From Euglena gracilis (lineage: Eukaryota): a stretch of DNA of 64,000 nt. Positions 48,201 through 59,494 of this stretch are shown one piece after another (position 1 is the first letter of the stretch; the number at the start of each line of letters is the position of its first letter). Below the pieces are notes generated by a model. It had not been told where the DNA came from, did not search any database, and saw only the letters and a program-made list of their open reading frames with translations. Where the stretch lies: the NCBI GenBank assembly GCA_039621445.1, contig CP154954.1, positions 29,888,395 to 29,952,394 on the forward strand, read 5' to 3'. The translations under genes and the position numbers were made by a program.

Positions 48201-50776
48201 ACTCGTGCGTCATCCACCTCGACACGGTGGCGCTGCAGTCGAAGGAGCTCTACGACCGCCTGAAGGGCACCAACGCCGCCCGCCGGGAGACTGCCGCCGG
48301 GGTTGGGGCCGTCGAGCCCCCCCCCTTCCGGACAGCACAGCAGGGTGGGCGTTTTTTTTTATGTTTTGTGACCCGGGGGTGGGTGGGTGCCCGGCTGAGC
48401 CCACCCACAGCGGAAGTCAGGCCGAGTGGGTATGCCACCGGAGGCAGGGTGTGGGTCTTTAAAAAAAAAAACCTCTGGGCGGGTGCAGTGCAGTTGGGGG
48501 GGGGGGCGACCGGACCGGAGCCTGCTGGTCTCTGCGCCAACCCCCTCCAGAGGAGGCCATCGCCCAGAACGTTGCCATCCGCACGGCGTGGGCCCATTTC
48601 CCCTACGCCCAGGCCAACAATATGCCGTACGGCCCCCGCATCAGGACCCTGCGCACCAGGTGGTGGTGCCTCAGGACCCATTGCCGATGCAGCCGGGGGG
48701 GGGGGGGATCCGTGACAGGCGTTTCCATGCCAGGCATCCCCATAGCGGGAAGCAGCAGCGCGGAGACCGAGGAGGAGGAGGGAGGAGGAGGACCCAGGAG
48801 GAGGAGGGAGCCCCGCCACACCCCGTGCCGAGGTGGCGAGAGAGCCCCTGCCGCACCAACCTCCCTCCTCAGTTGCACTAAAACTTCTTGTCTGTTTATG
48901 GCCGGCGCTATCTTCGCTTCTGCCCAGTTTGCTGCGTGGTGAGTGGCCAGGTACCGCTTACACCAGTACTCTTTTTGTTGCTCCGCCTGGCCGGGTGAGC
49001 AACTCTGGTGCAATTCCACCCCCCCCCCTGGGCAAGGACCCCGCAAGGCCCAGCCCTGCCACCCGGCCCGGAGCTGGCCTGCCCCCGTGCTGCACGTGCA
49101 GGCCACGGCGGGCCCCGTGTTGACGAAGCTGCGGGACGTCGGGGCGGCGCTGCTCGGCCACCACGGCATCGGCCAGGCGGTGTCCACCAGCCCCACGAAG
49201 GCCCGCCACATCCTGGCCCGCATCCCGGAGGCGGAGCGCCTCGCCATCCCGCGGGCAGCGCTGGGGGCCCCGCGAAGGGGCCGAAGACCAACACCCTGTT
49301 CCTGGGGGTCGGGATCTCCGGTGCAGTCTGTGTTCGCCTTCGCTTTTCGCTTTTCCTTGTTGGTGCCAGCAGGACATTTGAAACCAGTTTTTTTTGTGTG
49401 TTTCAGAGGGCTGACAATTTGATATCTGTGCAAGCCGTTCACGGACTGGCTTAGTCCGCCTGCATCCTCTGGCCTTCGCCTTGAGCAAGTTGAGGAGCAG
49501 TGTCCAGTTCCCAAGGTTGTGGTCGGGGCCATTCCAGAATCGCAGTGCCACCCCTACACTCCAACCCAGCCGGAGCCCCCACGGCAACGTCCTCCCCGCT
49601 GCAGCGGGTGGTGGTGCTCGCCAACGGGCTTTTTGACCCCCACGCCGCGCGGCCCCTGTCTGCACCCCGACCTCCATCCCATTCCACATCGCGGGGGCTG
49701 CCAACCTCTGTCCCCTCTCCTCCCCACCAAAGTTGACACTGTCGGGCTCGGCGCCGGAATTCACATTTTTGGGAACGTCGACGTGAGGGGGAGTCGTCCT
49801 GCACGACAGCCAGGGGCTGTCGAGCCGTCGTCAACTCCATCCGGCCATCGGGCGACGCGCCCTCCGTCTTCGTTTGCGCCGATGACTGGCTGACAGACGC
49901 GGGCCCCCCACCCATCTCCCCGGCCCGGCAGTGGCTGACGCCACACTCCCATGTGCATGTGTGCACACGCCGGACCGCATGTGCGTGGCACGCGAAGACT
50001 CAAGCGTGTGGACCTGCGTGTTTGCGTTGTCCCAGCCAGTGAATGGATTTGAACGGATGTGCAGCCAGCCGCCGGCGCTTCGCAAGGGTCTTCCCATCCA
50101 CCCGTGAGTCCCACCCAGCTCCAAAGCAGGGAGAATATTTCACATACAGACAGAGGGACCACCCAAGCGCTAAGGTGTGTTGCAATCAGGTTTTCCTGTC
50201 GTAACTTTTTTTGGTGGGGATTGCCTTCTTGATCCGTCAGACCCCCTGGTTCGCTTGCAAGGTCCTTCGGGACTCAATCTGCAGCAGGGATCCAACACCG
50301 ATTCTCCCCCAGCCCAACAGTTCCAGCCTCTCCCGGGCAGGGTGGTCCGCCGGGATGGGAGAGGCCAAAAAAAAACACATTTTGTTGACGTTTTGGGCGA
50401 ATGGGTGACAGTCCAAGGATGCCAGAAATCACTTTTTATCCCGAAGTTGACCCTTTTTTTTTGATTTCCTTAAGGGCCGCCGAAGGCTCCCAGGGTTGGT
50501 ACCGGCCACTTTTGCTGCATGCTTGGCCCGTTTCAAAGTGTGAATGTGGCAGTCTTCGCGCCGTATTTGCGGTTGTTCTCCGTTTTCAAGTGCCCTGTGC
50601 CCCCGGATGGCACGTCGTGAAGCCTCCGCGGCCACCCTGACCGCGCACCTGTTTAGGTGGGGGGGGGCGTCCCCCCCCACCCCCCCCCTCCTGGCCCGCA
50701 GGGGGGGGTCCGGACCACCCCCCCCCACCTGTCCTTATATCGAACCCTGGGCGTGGCCCAACACCAATCCCAATTA

Positions 50777-50807
<31 letters not shown>

Positions 50808-51485
50808 CACATTTGAGAGCTTGTCAGGGGTCCCCAGTACTTGCAACCTGTCAGATGAGGGGGGAAGTGGGTTTTGGTGGGTGGCTGGGGGCAGGGCGGG
50901 TGTGATCTGGGGCCCCTTCGGCCAGTGTCGGGTCGCCCGGCGCTGCAGCAGCTGTGGGCGGTGGGGCGGTGGCGGCCAGGCTTCTTTTTAAGTCAGCAGA
51001 CCCCCCCCCCCCCGGGGGGGGGGGGGGGGGGGGGGTGGGGGGGCCCGGGCCGGACCCCCCCCTGGGGGGGGGGGGTCCCGCGCCGGAGGCGCTGGGTATA
51101 CCTTTTCGGCGCGAAGCGCCGAAATTTTTTGGAAATTGCCTTTAGCGGGCCCGATTTTGGGGGGGGTCCCGCCCCCCCCCCCCCCCGGGGGGGGTCCCGC
51201 GCCGCCCGGGGTGGGTGGGGGGGAGCGCGCCCTCCCCCCCCCCGGGGGTCTTAAAAAGAAGCCTGGTGGCGGCACCGCTACCTCGCTGAGAATTGCCTCT
51301 TCCGCTACGCGCGCGCCGTGGCAGAGTTGACGGGGGCGGACCCGGCCCTGCTGTGCCCCAGCAGCGCCGGCCCCACGCCAGACCTCTCCCGCCCCCAGGG
51401 CGGGACTGCGCCACCACCCCAGACCCGTGCTGCGGTGTCCCATCAAATCGCTGTATTTTGGGGCATTGGAAGCCAGCGCCTTTGA
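45292..51485 (+). CDS. P-loop NTPase of the AAA_28 / NadR-Ttd14-like family, multi-exon (start and some junctions uncertain)
   Basis: Spliced motifs LVVL|TGGPAAGKSS (Walker A), EDSL...VVVLFDRGLLD, K|NRYSCVIHLDTVA, NAARRETA|EEAIAQN...AWAHFPY|VLHV. These match the conserved motif order of this family as I recall it. Confidence 0.8.
45938..46504 (+). other. Non-conventional intron splitting the Walker A motif
   Basis: GAG-CGGCGGGCCACA ... TGTGGTCCGCCG-CCCCC, 12-bp stem with one G-U pair. Restores VVL|TGGPAAGKS. Confidence 0.85.
47844..48193 (+). other. Non-conventional intron
   Basis: GGG-CGGGGGCCGG ... CCGGCCTCCG-GCAGC. Restores VGK|NRYSCVIHL. Confidence 0.8.
48296..48549 (+). other. Non-conventional or intermediate intron
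   Basis: GCC-GGGGTTGG ... CCAACCCC-CTCCA, 8-bp stem. Restores RRETA|EEAIAQN. Confidence 0.75.
48607..49086 (+). other. Non-conventional intron
   Basis: GCC-CAGGCCA ... TGGCCTG-CCCCC. Restores AHFPY|VLHVQA. Confidence 0.8.
50977..51265. mobile_element. Young MITE inserted in an apparent exon; predicted intron 50974-51270
   Basis: Perfect 16-bp TIR caggcttctttttaag / cttaaaaagaagcctg. Perfect TSD gtggcggc (50969-50976, 51266-51273). Confidence 0.92.
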
Positions 51486-52399
51486 GGAGGTTGCGCAGGC
51501 CCCACCCCCTAACTTAATTGAAGTGCGGGCGTGCTTTGGGCATCGGAAGCGTGCGGCTTTGTATTGGCACTAAGCCTGTAGCGGCTCTGCGTTTCCATTG
51601 GGGGATGTCAGCATAAATTCAACAATGTGTATCCAGAGGCAAAGAATTGACTCTGTGTTGTTGGACCCCAACACAGAGACGGTTCTTTGCATGTGGATAC
51701 ATGTTGATGATTTTGCCTCTAGTTGAGTCTGCACCCCTCAGAAATGAATGGGGCTCACCCCCACCCCTCTGGTTGTCACTGTCTCGCATTGTGTCCAACT
51801 TGCCACCACAACTATTTGGGGAGGACGTGGGTTTGTGATGTTGCGGATTCTGCTTTTTAAGCTCTCATCGATGCCTTTCCAGATGTCGACAAAAGAAACC
51901 ACAACCGCCACCAAGACAAAGTGCCAAAAGTCTGATTTTTTAGATGTTCTGATTAGAAGCCACATGAAGGATTTCTTCTGCTATTTTTCTGTTGATTTGT
52001 GCTTTTCAGCATCATTGTTCGGTATTCTTTAAACGGGTGATATCATTTTTGTGTGATTTATCTCTTGAGAACATCAATTCACCAATTTTGTATTGAAGAA
52101 TAATTTCATCAGAATTTCTGCCAAAAGGTGGTTGGTGGTTCTGGCTCAAGGTGGTTTGTCCCACCCTGACAGCGTCCTCAGTGACCTTGGGCTTTCGCTG
52201 GAAGATTTTGGGCTGGGGCAGTGCTCAAGGAGTTTCCTTCTCGGCTTTCAATTGTCCTTTGAGAAAAAAGTGTGAGAGACCCCCAAGTCACCTTTCGGTA
52301 TTGTCCAAGACACACCGTGTCGTTGAGACACCCCCTGTGTCAACAATTTTCTGGAAATCCACCTGAGGTTTTTTTATTTAATTGCGGTGGTGTTGGCAC

Positions 52400-55300
52400 C
52401 CCCCCCCATATCAACGACCCATTCCCTGAAAATTGGCGTGTCTTGGACAAGGTGGAAGAGGCACCACTTTGGAATTTAGGCCACAAGAACCCAATTTGGC
52501 GTCCCGGTCTGCGTGTTTCCACTTTTGCGGAGTTGTGCCGACTGCCCAAACGGAATGGCAATGATGCTTCGATTCCAGGAAGAGCGGCATGATCAGCATT
52601 CGGAAACGTCCGATCCCTTTGTAATACACGTGTCATTCGCCCAAGCCCGAATTATGGTCAAAGGGATCAACGTGATGCATCTTGGCCGTCTCCGAAGGCA
52701 CCTCTGCCCAAACGTGTGTCCTTTCGTCCATGCAGTGCCTGTGTGCATTCCGTGTTGCATTGGACGGCGAACCCACAGTTCTGCACAGCGGCTGGGCGGT
52801 GGAGCACTGGCCCATTCCCCGGCCTGCCCGGTATGACCTCTGCGCCGTGGTGGGCAACCCGGCCTGTGCCAGCAGCTCCCAGACCCGACCATGTGGCCGC
52901 CTGTGGAGGGAATACACTGGCATTTCCGATGTTCTTTCGTCGGGGGGCGGAATTTGCCCCCTGAATAATGACGGACTATTCGGGGAGTTTTTTGATGTAT
53001 TCGATGAGAAGGGTGGAGGTTTGTTGGGTTTCAAAATTCCAGGCTTCTTTTTTAGGAAATGCGCACCCTCCCCCCCCCTCCGGGGGGCTATGGGCAGGCG
53101 GGGGGGGGGGGGAGGGTGTTTTCGACCCCCGAGGTCCCAGCGGGGGGGGGGGGGTAGGATTTTGGGGTGGGTGGTGCAATCCGAAGGCACCGGGGCCCGG
53201 AAATGGGCCATTTTCAAAGGATAATTGGCTAGGTCAACAGGCACCGGGGGCCGAAACCGACCCCCCCCCCCTGGGGTGCCTGCTATGGGCAGGCACCCCA
53301 GAGCGCAAGGCACCCCCCTCCCCCCCCCCGGGTTGGTAAAAAGAAGCCTGTTCCATTCACAACGGGGGTTTTGGCCCTTTTTTGGGGGAAAATTCGCGTC
53401 TCCCAGAGTTGAAACCCAGAGGTTTGAACTTTTTTTCAAGCCTAGTGCACAGCCTAAAAAAGCATCAAAATTGGGCCTGTTCCCTGGGTCACAACATGGA
53501 CAAATGATGCAGGTCCCTCTCTTTTGGTGGCAATTTTTTCCAGTCAGGAGGGGACCCCGGAGGTGTCCTCTTCCCTCGAGCCAGGAGGGGGGGTCTGGTC
53601 CATTTTTTTTAAGTGTGTTGTAAAATGGCTAGCCAGTGGACCCGACCCCCTCGGGGTCCACTGGCCAGCCATAACAAGCAATAACCTTGCTGGGAGGAGG
53701 GGAGGGGGTCGTGGGCAGTTGTCAATCAGGAGGAGGTGGGGCGGGGTTGTGCCCAGACAAAGTAATCTGTGGACCGATGGCTTCAGTCGGCCGCTGCCAG
53801 CAGTTCGATGCCCAGCGAGCGTTCTTCCAGTCGGCAGGGGTCCTGTGCCTCAACGTGGACGGTTGATTAGGCCGCGCAACCTGCAGGGAGCGGGATGCTT
53901 GGGGAAAATCCAAACAAAAAGTGGGCGCCGAAAAATCTGTGAAAATGCCCATGTGCTAAAATTTGTACGTCTTTGGGGGACCAACAAGCGATGTGCTGGT
54001 TTGCCCAGCGGTGTGGGTGATTGCCTGTGCCGGATTGTTGAGCGTTGCGTTCGCGTGGGTGGGACCCCGTTGGGGTACCCCAACCAAGGAAATTCTGCGT
54101 CTTGGTCCCATTTTCTCCAAGTGAACGGGTATTTGCGGGTGAATGGCAAAGGGATTAATTTCCATTTTTTCGACCCACACCCGCCGTTTGCGCACTCCTG
54201 TGCCTTTTTCGGGACATTCTGGAAGAGTAGCGCTCTTTCCTGTCCGTATCGCATCTTTCGCGCATCCTGTATGCTATGCTGTCCTCTCCCTATCACCTTT
54301 CTCTGACCACCCAAACAAATTTTTTCCAACCTTTTATCCAGTTATGCATGACGACATATCCATCGATGAGGGCTGTGCCATAACTCCTATTTCTGTCTTT
54401 CTTAGTTGATTTTTTGGGGTTTGCTGGAATTGTTTTGTGTCTTTGCCAACCAGAAATGTGCCCTCGGCCCCTGGAGTCCCTAAAGCAGAGGCACGTTTGT
54501 GAGAAATCGGGCCTTCCTTGCACAGGACTGTCCCAAGATCGGACCTACTGGCGATTGTTTTTTTTTTAAGCGGTCCATTCTCACTTCTTTTTCACGCTCA
54601 CTAAACGAGAATCTCATCAGCAAACTTCCGAGAGATTTCAATTTTGAGCCCAGACTTCAACAAATAAGAAACGCAATCTGGAGATGAAACCGGTTCAAAC
54701 GACGCACCACGCAACAGGTTGACGACCCCACAGAAACAAGAATCGAACCCCCTCGAAGAAAAACCCTGGGGCAGGACGCTGCGATTGAACCGTCCCCCCG
54801 TAGCTAGCTACACCGAGGACGGGGTGCCTCACCGAAACCGACATAGGAAGGTTGAGAGGGGCGAGGAGTGCATAGCGCAAGCCGCTGCTTGCCTGTGGCT
54901 GGGCTGCGCCCGCACTGTCCTTCACGCTGGTTCATGTGGTGGGGGGGCGGCTGGGGTCCTCGATCAGGCTGGCTGCTGGCCTCCTCTCCGCCAGGGTTGG
55001 AACCACTGTCCCGTCAGTTTGTGTTTTATCTGAGTCAATTTCAATTGGTTCTTGTGCTCCAGGGGCCTGATTTTGTTGGTTGTCAGGACGATCCGGTGTC
55101 CAAGGTACGTCAATGTCTGTGCTGGGTCGTTCATTTTCTTTTCCAAATCAGCCTGATCACACACTTTATCAGTTGTTCGATGAGGGAAGCTGCCCTCAAC
55201 CTGGTGGATTATGATGTCTTCCCCAGCAGAAGAAAGTCGTCCGCATACCACACATGCTGTATGTTTTTCTGGTTCAGCGAGGCACTCAGTGGTTTTGTCA

Positions 55301-57100
55301 GTTTCTGTGACCACCAGGGTCTGAAAGCTCATCCAAATGGAAGGGCCTGGATCTGAAAAGCGTTTTCGCCAATTTAGAAACGCATCTGCCGCTGAATGTG
55401 GGAGTGCACCTGCAAGTGGTGGAAAAATGATTGGATGTGCAGAGTTATCCCCCAGTGCAAATCTTTTTGCTTCGGAGTCTGCGGCAGGGTCTTACAGGCG
55501 TCTGCATTGTGTCGTACAATGTTTTGACACTGGTTTATGTTCCTGAGGTCTGTGATCAACCTGATTTTTCCGGTTTATTTTTTTCTCTCCGGGAAATTTT
55601 AGTGTCCACTGGCTGGTTTTTGCCCACTCCTCGTTTGTGAATGGTCTATGGCACCTGTGTTCAAGTACTCGGTAACGGTTTCCTGTGCGGCTGGTGTGAA
55701 ATCTGCAGTTTTTGATTTTTTTTTCAGCCTTGGGATGCTGAACGTTCGTGCTTCCACCTCTTTTTTGATTGCTTGCAGCAGCACATTGTCTGCCCCCAAT
55801 GTGACCCAATGTTCCAGGTTTTCCCGTGGACCCATCCATCTGCATTGTGGGGTGCATGTTTTGTTTTGTTCCAAGAGAATTGTGATTTCTTTTCTTTTGT
55901 AACGGTGACCCACTGTTCAGACTGTTTTCTGGTAGACCCTGGTGCAGGTGTGGGTACGTTCGCACCAGGGTCCCATCATTCCTGGTTCCCCTTGCCTTTC
56001 CCCCCTTTCCCCTTTCCTTTTCCTTTCCCACAACGAAAGTTGGACCTGCTTCTGGGTCTGATCTGCTGAGATCTGCTGTTAGTTCTACCCCTGCCCCTGT
56101 GCTGGGATGGTTGTGACAACCTGGTGGTTGTTAAGTCAGGTCTGGGGTCCAGACTGGAGGATTGGCTATTTCCTGCACGTAAATGTTATTTGTTATTTCC
56201 TGCAGGTCCTGCCACAAACTTCTTATCCATGCTGAGGTGGCATTTAAATGCTCAAAATCATCTGTTTCTACAGTGTTCACCAACAGATTTAGAGCATTTT
56301 CAGCCTTTTTCTGGGTCTGGATAACGTTTTGGTATACAACCTGTTCCTTCTGGCTGGGAGGGCCTGGGGTACTCCCACATACATTTTCAGATCCTCAGAA
56401 GATTTTTTTCAAAAGGTCAAGGGGGGAGGAGAGGCCAGCCTTTGGCTAAAGGCTAGGGCATCAGTATGGGTGGGGTTAACATGTGTGGGGGGTAAGACAG
56501 CAGTCTAATCAGTGGGGGTTGCCTCCTCTTCAGCTCCTATTGAGACATCTTCCCCGAATTCATTGTCCTTTGGGGCATGGGGGGGGCTGGTTGTTGCCCT
56601 TGCTTTTCATTTTGCCCCACATGCGTTTTCAGATTCTCAAATTCTTGTCTCATTCTTTGAAGTTCTTGAACAATTTGCTCCATCTGCAGATGATTTTCAA
56701 CACCCGTGCAGAAAACCTGTTGGAAAAAAGTTGGCTGAAATAAGGTGTGTTCTGGGGTTTAAGCAAAGTAACTGTGGGTTGTGCTGCCTGCCAAAACTCC
56801 AAAACTGCCTGCAAAGACGAAACCAGAAAAAATGAGATTTTGACATGAATGAAGTCAGAGGACGTAGCTGAGGTACTCTGCTACTCTCTGAACTTGATCT
56901 CAGTCTTGTTTTCAAGTTATCCTTGACTTCCGGACTCTCAGCGGTTGGATACCGCGGATTCTTGCGTGCGAAGGCCAGTGCGGGAGTAGCCCGGCCACAG
57001 GCAAGCAGGGGCTTGTGCTGTGCACAGCCCGACGTCCCCACTTCCTTTTAAGGCACTTTAAGTCACCTCGGACACCCACGTCTCAGGGAGGAAGAGGGGA
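52400..57100 (-). mobile_element. Degenerate DIRS-like retrotransposon (gag, RT, RNaseH and YR remnants with stops and frameshifts)
   Basis: Minus strand: GKGKGKGKGGKGKG gag-like tail (~56000), LLQAIKK...TVTEYLNTGAI RT start (~55650-55790), VWYADDFLLLG (~55220-55255), WDSPV (~54530), TKGH...IPLTIIRAW and HCHSVWAVGTT YR-like remnants (~52540-52730). Same order as the intact neighbour. Boundaries approximate. Confidence 0.65.
53040..53350. mobile_element. MITE, CAGGCTT family, inserted in the degenerate DIRS
   Basis: TIR caggcttcttttt / taaaagaagcctg; homologous to 4044-4296. TSD poor (4/8). Confidence 0.7.
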
Positions 57101-58437
57101 GGAGCACAAGAAGATGGGAAGGCGAGCGAGGAAAACCACAAGCGAGGAAGGGACGCCGACGGCGGAGCACAAAGACCTTCGGAGCCTTTCCTTATTCGCC
57201 GGCGGTCCTGTCGTTCCGCGTCGTTGGCCGATGGTGCTCGTCTGTGACTCAAAAACCCTCGTGGAAAACGACAAGGGAGGGAGGGGCAGCGGGGGCGGAA
57301 CGCAAAAATCTTGTGAGGCCATGCCTGATGACCGCCCCTTGGAAGACAATGCAGCTAACTTTTTTTCGAGGCGGCACTAAGCGGCAACACCGAGCCCAAC
57401 GCATCGCAATCCACAAAACAAACGGCCGGCGTGTGGCGCCGCTTTTGTACCCTGCATGCGCTGGCCCCCATTTTCTGCTGACCGAGGGCTTTTGAGGGCT
57501 TTTGGAACAAATTTCCTTTTGTGGGAGGGGGATCGGGCTCGCAAGATCTTTGTGCTCCGCCCTCGCTGTCTGGTACTCCCTCGAGTAAAACCGACCGGGG
57601 AGGATGGTCGAGGGCGAATCGCACCCCACGGCACAGGAAGTGGGGGGGAGGGAAACCGAGGGAGAAGCACGACCATTCGGGCTGCGCACACTCTGGGGGG
57701 TGAGGTCCTGCTTCTTTTTCTGGCAGAAGGACCTCACCCCCCTCTCGTGCTTCCCTCTCATGCTCCGTTCCTCCAAGTCATCCTTCCAAGCCATCCTTTG
57801 TCTGGGAGTGCCAAAAAGACATTGCGAGGCCACGCCTTGCTCGCCGGCGGTTTTTTGTGAGGCCGACACCTCGTGAACCGTCGTGGCCATGCACACCTCT
57901 TTCGCATGGTCGGTTGGGGGGGGGGCTCCCGTGCTTTTGGGGGGGTGTCTGCATCTTTGGGGGCTTTCCTGGGTGGGTGGCTTGGTCGGCGAACTTTCAA
58001 TAATTCCGAGAGTTATTCCAGTTGAGCTTGTGTGGTATAATTTTCCTCCTCAAGTGATTCTGCCTTCTTTAAATAAATGACCGGAGTTAGATAAATAGGG
58101 GTTAGCCAACTCCGGAAACAAAAAAAAAAGTAAGCAGCACCCCCAGGCACACCAACCACACACCGGAACGGAGCAGCCGGCAAAGAAAGCAGGACCTCAC
58201 CTCACCACCTCGCCGTTCCAAGCCCGACTGGTGCGGCTTCGCTTTGTGCGTCGACTTTGAAGCTGAAGAAAAAGCAAAAAAAAATCGCTGAGTATTTTTT
58301 CTTTCGTGGGTCGACATCGTACTCCCTCGAGGAAAACCGACCAGGGAGGAAGGGACACCGAGGGCGAAGCACAAAGACCTTGTGAGGCCATGCCTTGCTC
58401 GCCGGCGGTGTTGTTTGGATTGTTTGGGTGCGTTGGG

Positions 58438-59478
58438 TTAGGAGGTCCCGCTTAGTGCCGCCTCGCCGGAGTTGGCTGACGATGCTGCTCCGACTTGGCG
58501 ACGTGGCTTCTTGTCCCTGGGGGGTGTCCCCCCCCTCCCGCCCCCCTGGCCCCCACTCTCTGACCGAGGGCTTTTGAACACAAATTTTCTTTTACGGGTG
58601 GGGGGGTCGGGCTCACAAGGTCTTTGTGCTTCGCCCTCGGTGTCCCTTCCTCCCTGGTCGGTTTTCCTCGAGGGAGTACGAGACACCTCGGGCTCCGCAC
58701 TTTGCCCTTGTGAGGCCAGATTGTGCACTGAAATTAGGGGGGCCAGGGCATTTTCTAGGGCACCTTGGGCACCAAGTCTTTGGTAATGGGTTGTAAAAGC
58801 TTCCACCCCCCTCCACTGACCAATTTCACAAACTTCCTGGGCAGAAAGGCCCAATTTTTTGAGTAAACCAACTCCTGCCCCTCTGGTGGAGTGGGCCCCC
58901 CACACCTGAGGGGGCACCCCATGTTTGGCCAAAAATTCTTTAGTGATGGAAGCAATGGTGTCTGCACCTATGGGCTTAAAGGGGGGTTTTAGTGAAATCA
59001 GAAGGGGCCCCCCAGGTCTTACGAATGACCTTGTTGCTGCAACATAAGACATCATCAAATGAAATGGGCTTATTTTGGAGCATTGTGGAATGGACACAAC
59101 TCTTTCCCACTTATGGAATTTCTGGCCTTTACGCCTGATTTTGATGTAGGGCGCCTTGCCCAACACACTGGTGGTTCGTTTGATCCTCTCCAAATCTGAG
59201 CTTCTGTATAAACAGAGGATTCGTGAGCAAAAAATAAGTTGTGTGCGCAATGTACAAATATCAGTGGGAAAGGGGGCTCGGGCCAGCCCCAGGAGGATTG
59301 GGAGGGGATCCCAAAAAGCACCATATTTTTCCAGATTCTGGTTCCAGAGTCTCTTGTAAGGTGCTAACATGGTGTGGAATCTCAGTCCACCAAACCCAGG
59401 AATCAAAAGCATTGCACTGTAGGCATTACGTGCCTGGGACTTGGAAAATTGAAACAATTGTATCAAAGCGTCAGCCAC
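58438..59478 (-). CDS. Tyrosine recombinase of the DIRS element
   Basis: Catalytic set R (LYRSSDL), K (RRKG), HxxR (AHSTRG), W (GQW), Y (THYQR). Confidence 0.92.
   Translation of the reverse strand: MADALIQLFQFSKSQARNAYSAMLLIPGFGGLRFHTMLAPYKRLWNQNLEKYGAFWDPLPILLGLARAPFPTDICTLRTQLIFCSRILCLYRSSDLERIKRTTSVLGKAPYIKIRRKGQKFHKWERVVSIPQCSKISPFHLMMSYVAATRSFVRPGGPLLISLKPPFKPIGADTIASITKEFLAKHGVPPQVWGAHSTRGAGVGLLKKLGLSAQEVCEIGQWRGVEAFTTHYQRLGAQGALENALAPLISVHNLASQGQSAEPEVSRTPSRKTDQGGRDTEGEAQRPCEPDPPTRKRKFVFKSPRSESGGQGGGRGGTPPRDKKPRRQVGAASSANSGEAALSGTS
58612..58718. repeat. DIRS internal complementary region (ICR)
   Basis: 58612-58681 is the reverse complement of 58317-58386. 58681-58718 is the reverse complement of 62887-62924. 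Confidence 0.92.
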
Positions 59479-59494
59479 TTGGTCAGTTGTGGCT

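Noticed and set aside
49253-49606. CAGCG/CGCTG stem intron
   Set aside because: 3/5 spacing leads to a frame (RWWCSP) that looks less plausible than the neighbouring one (RVVVLANG). Unresolved without cDNA.
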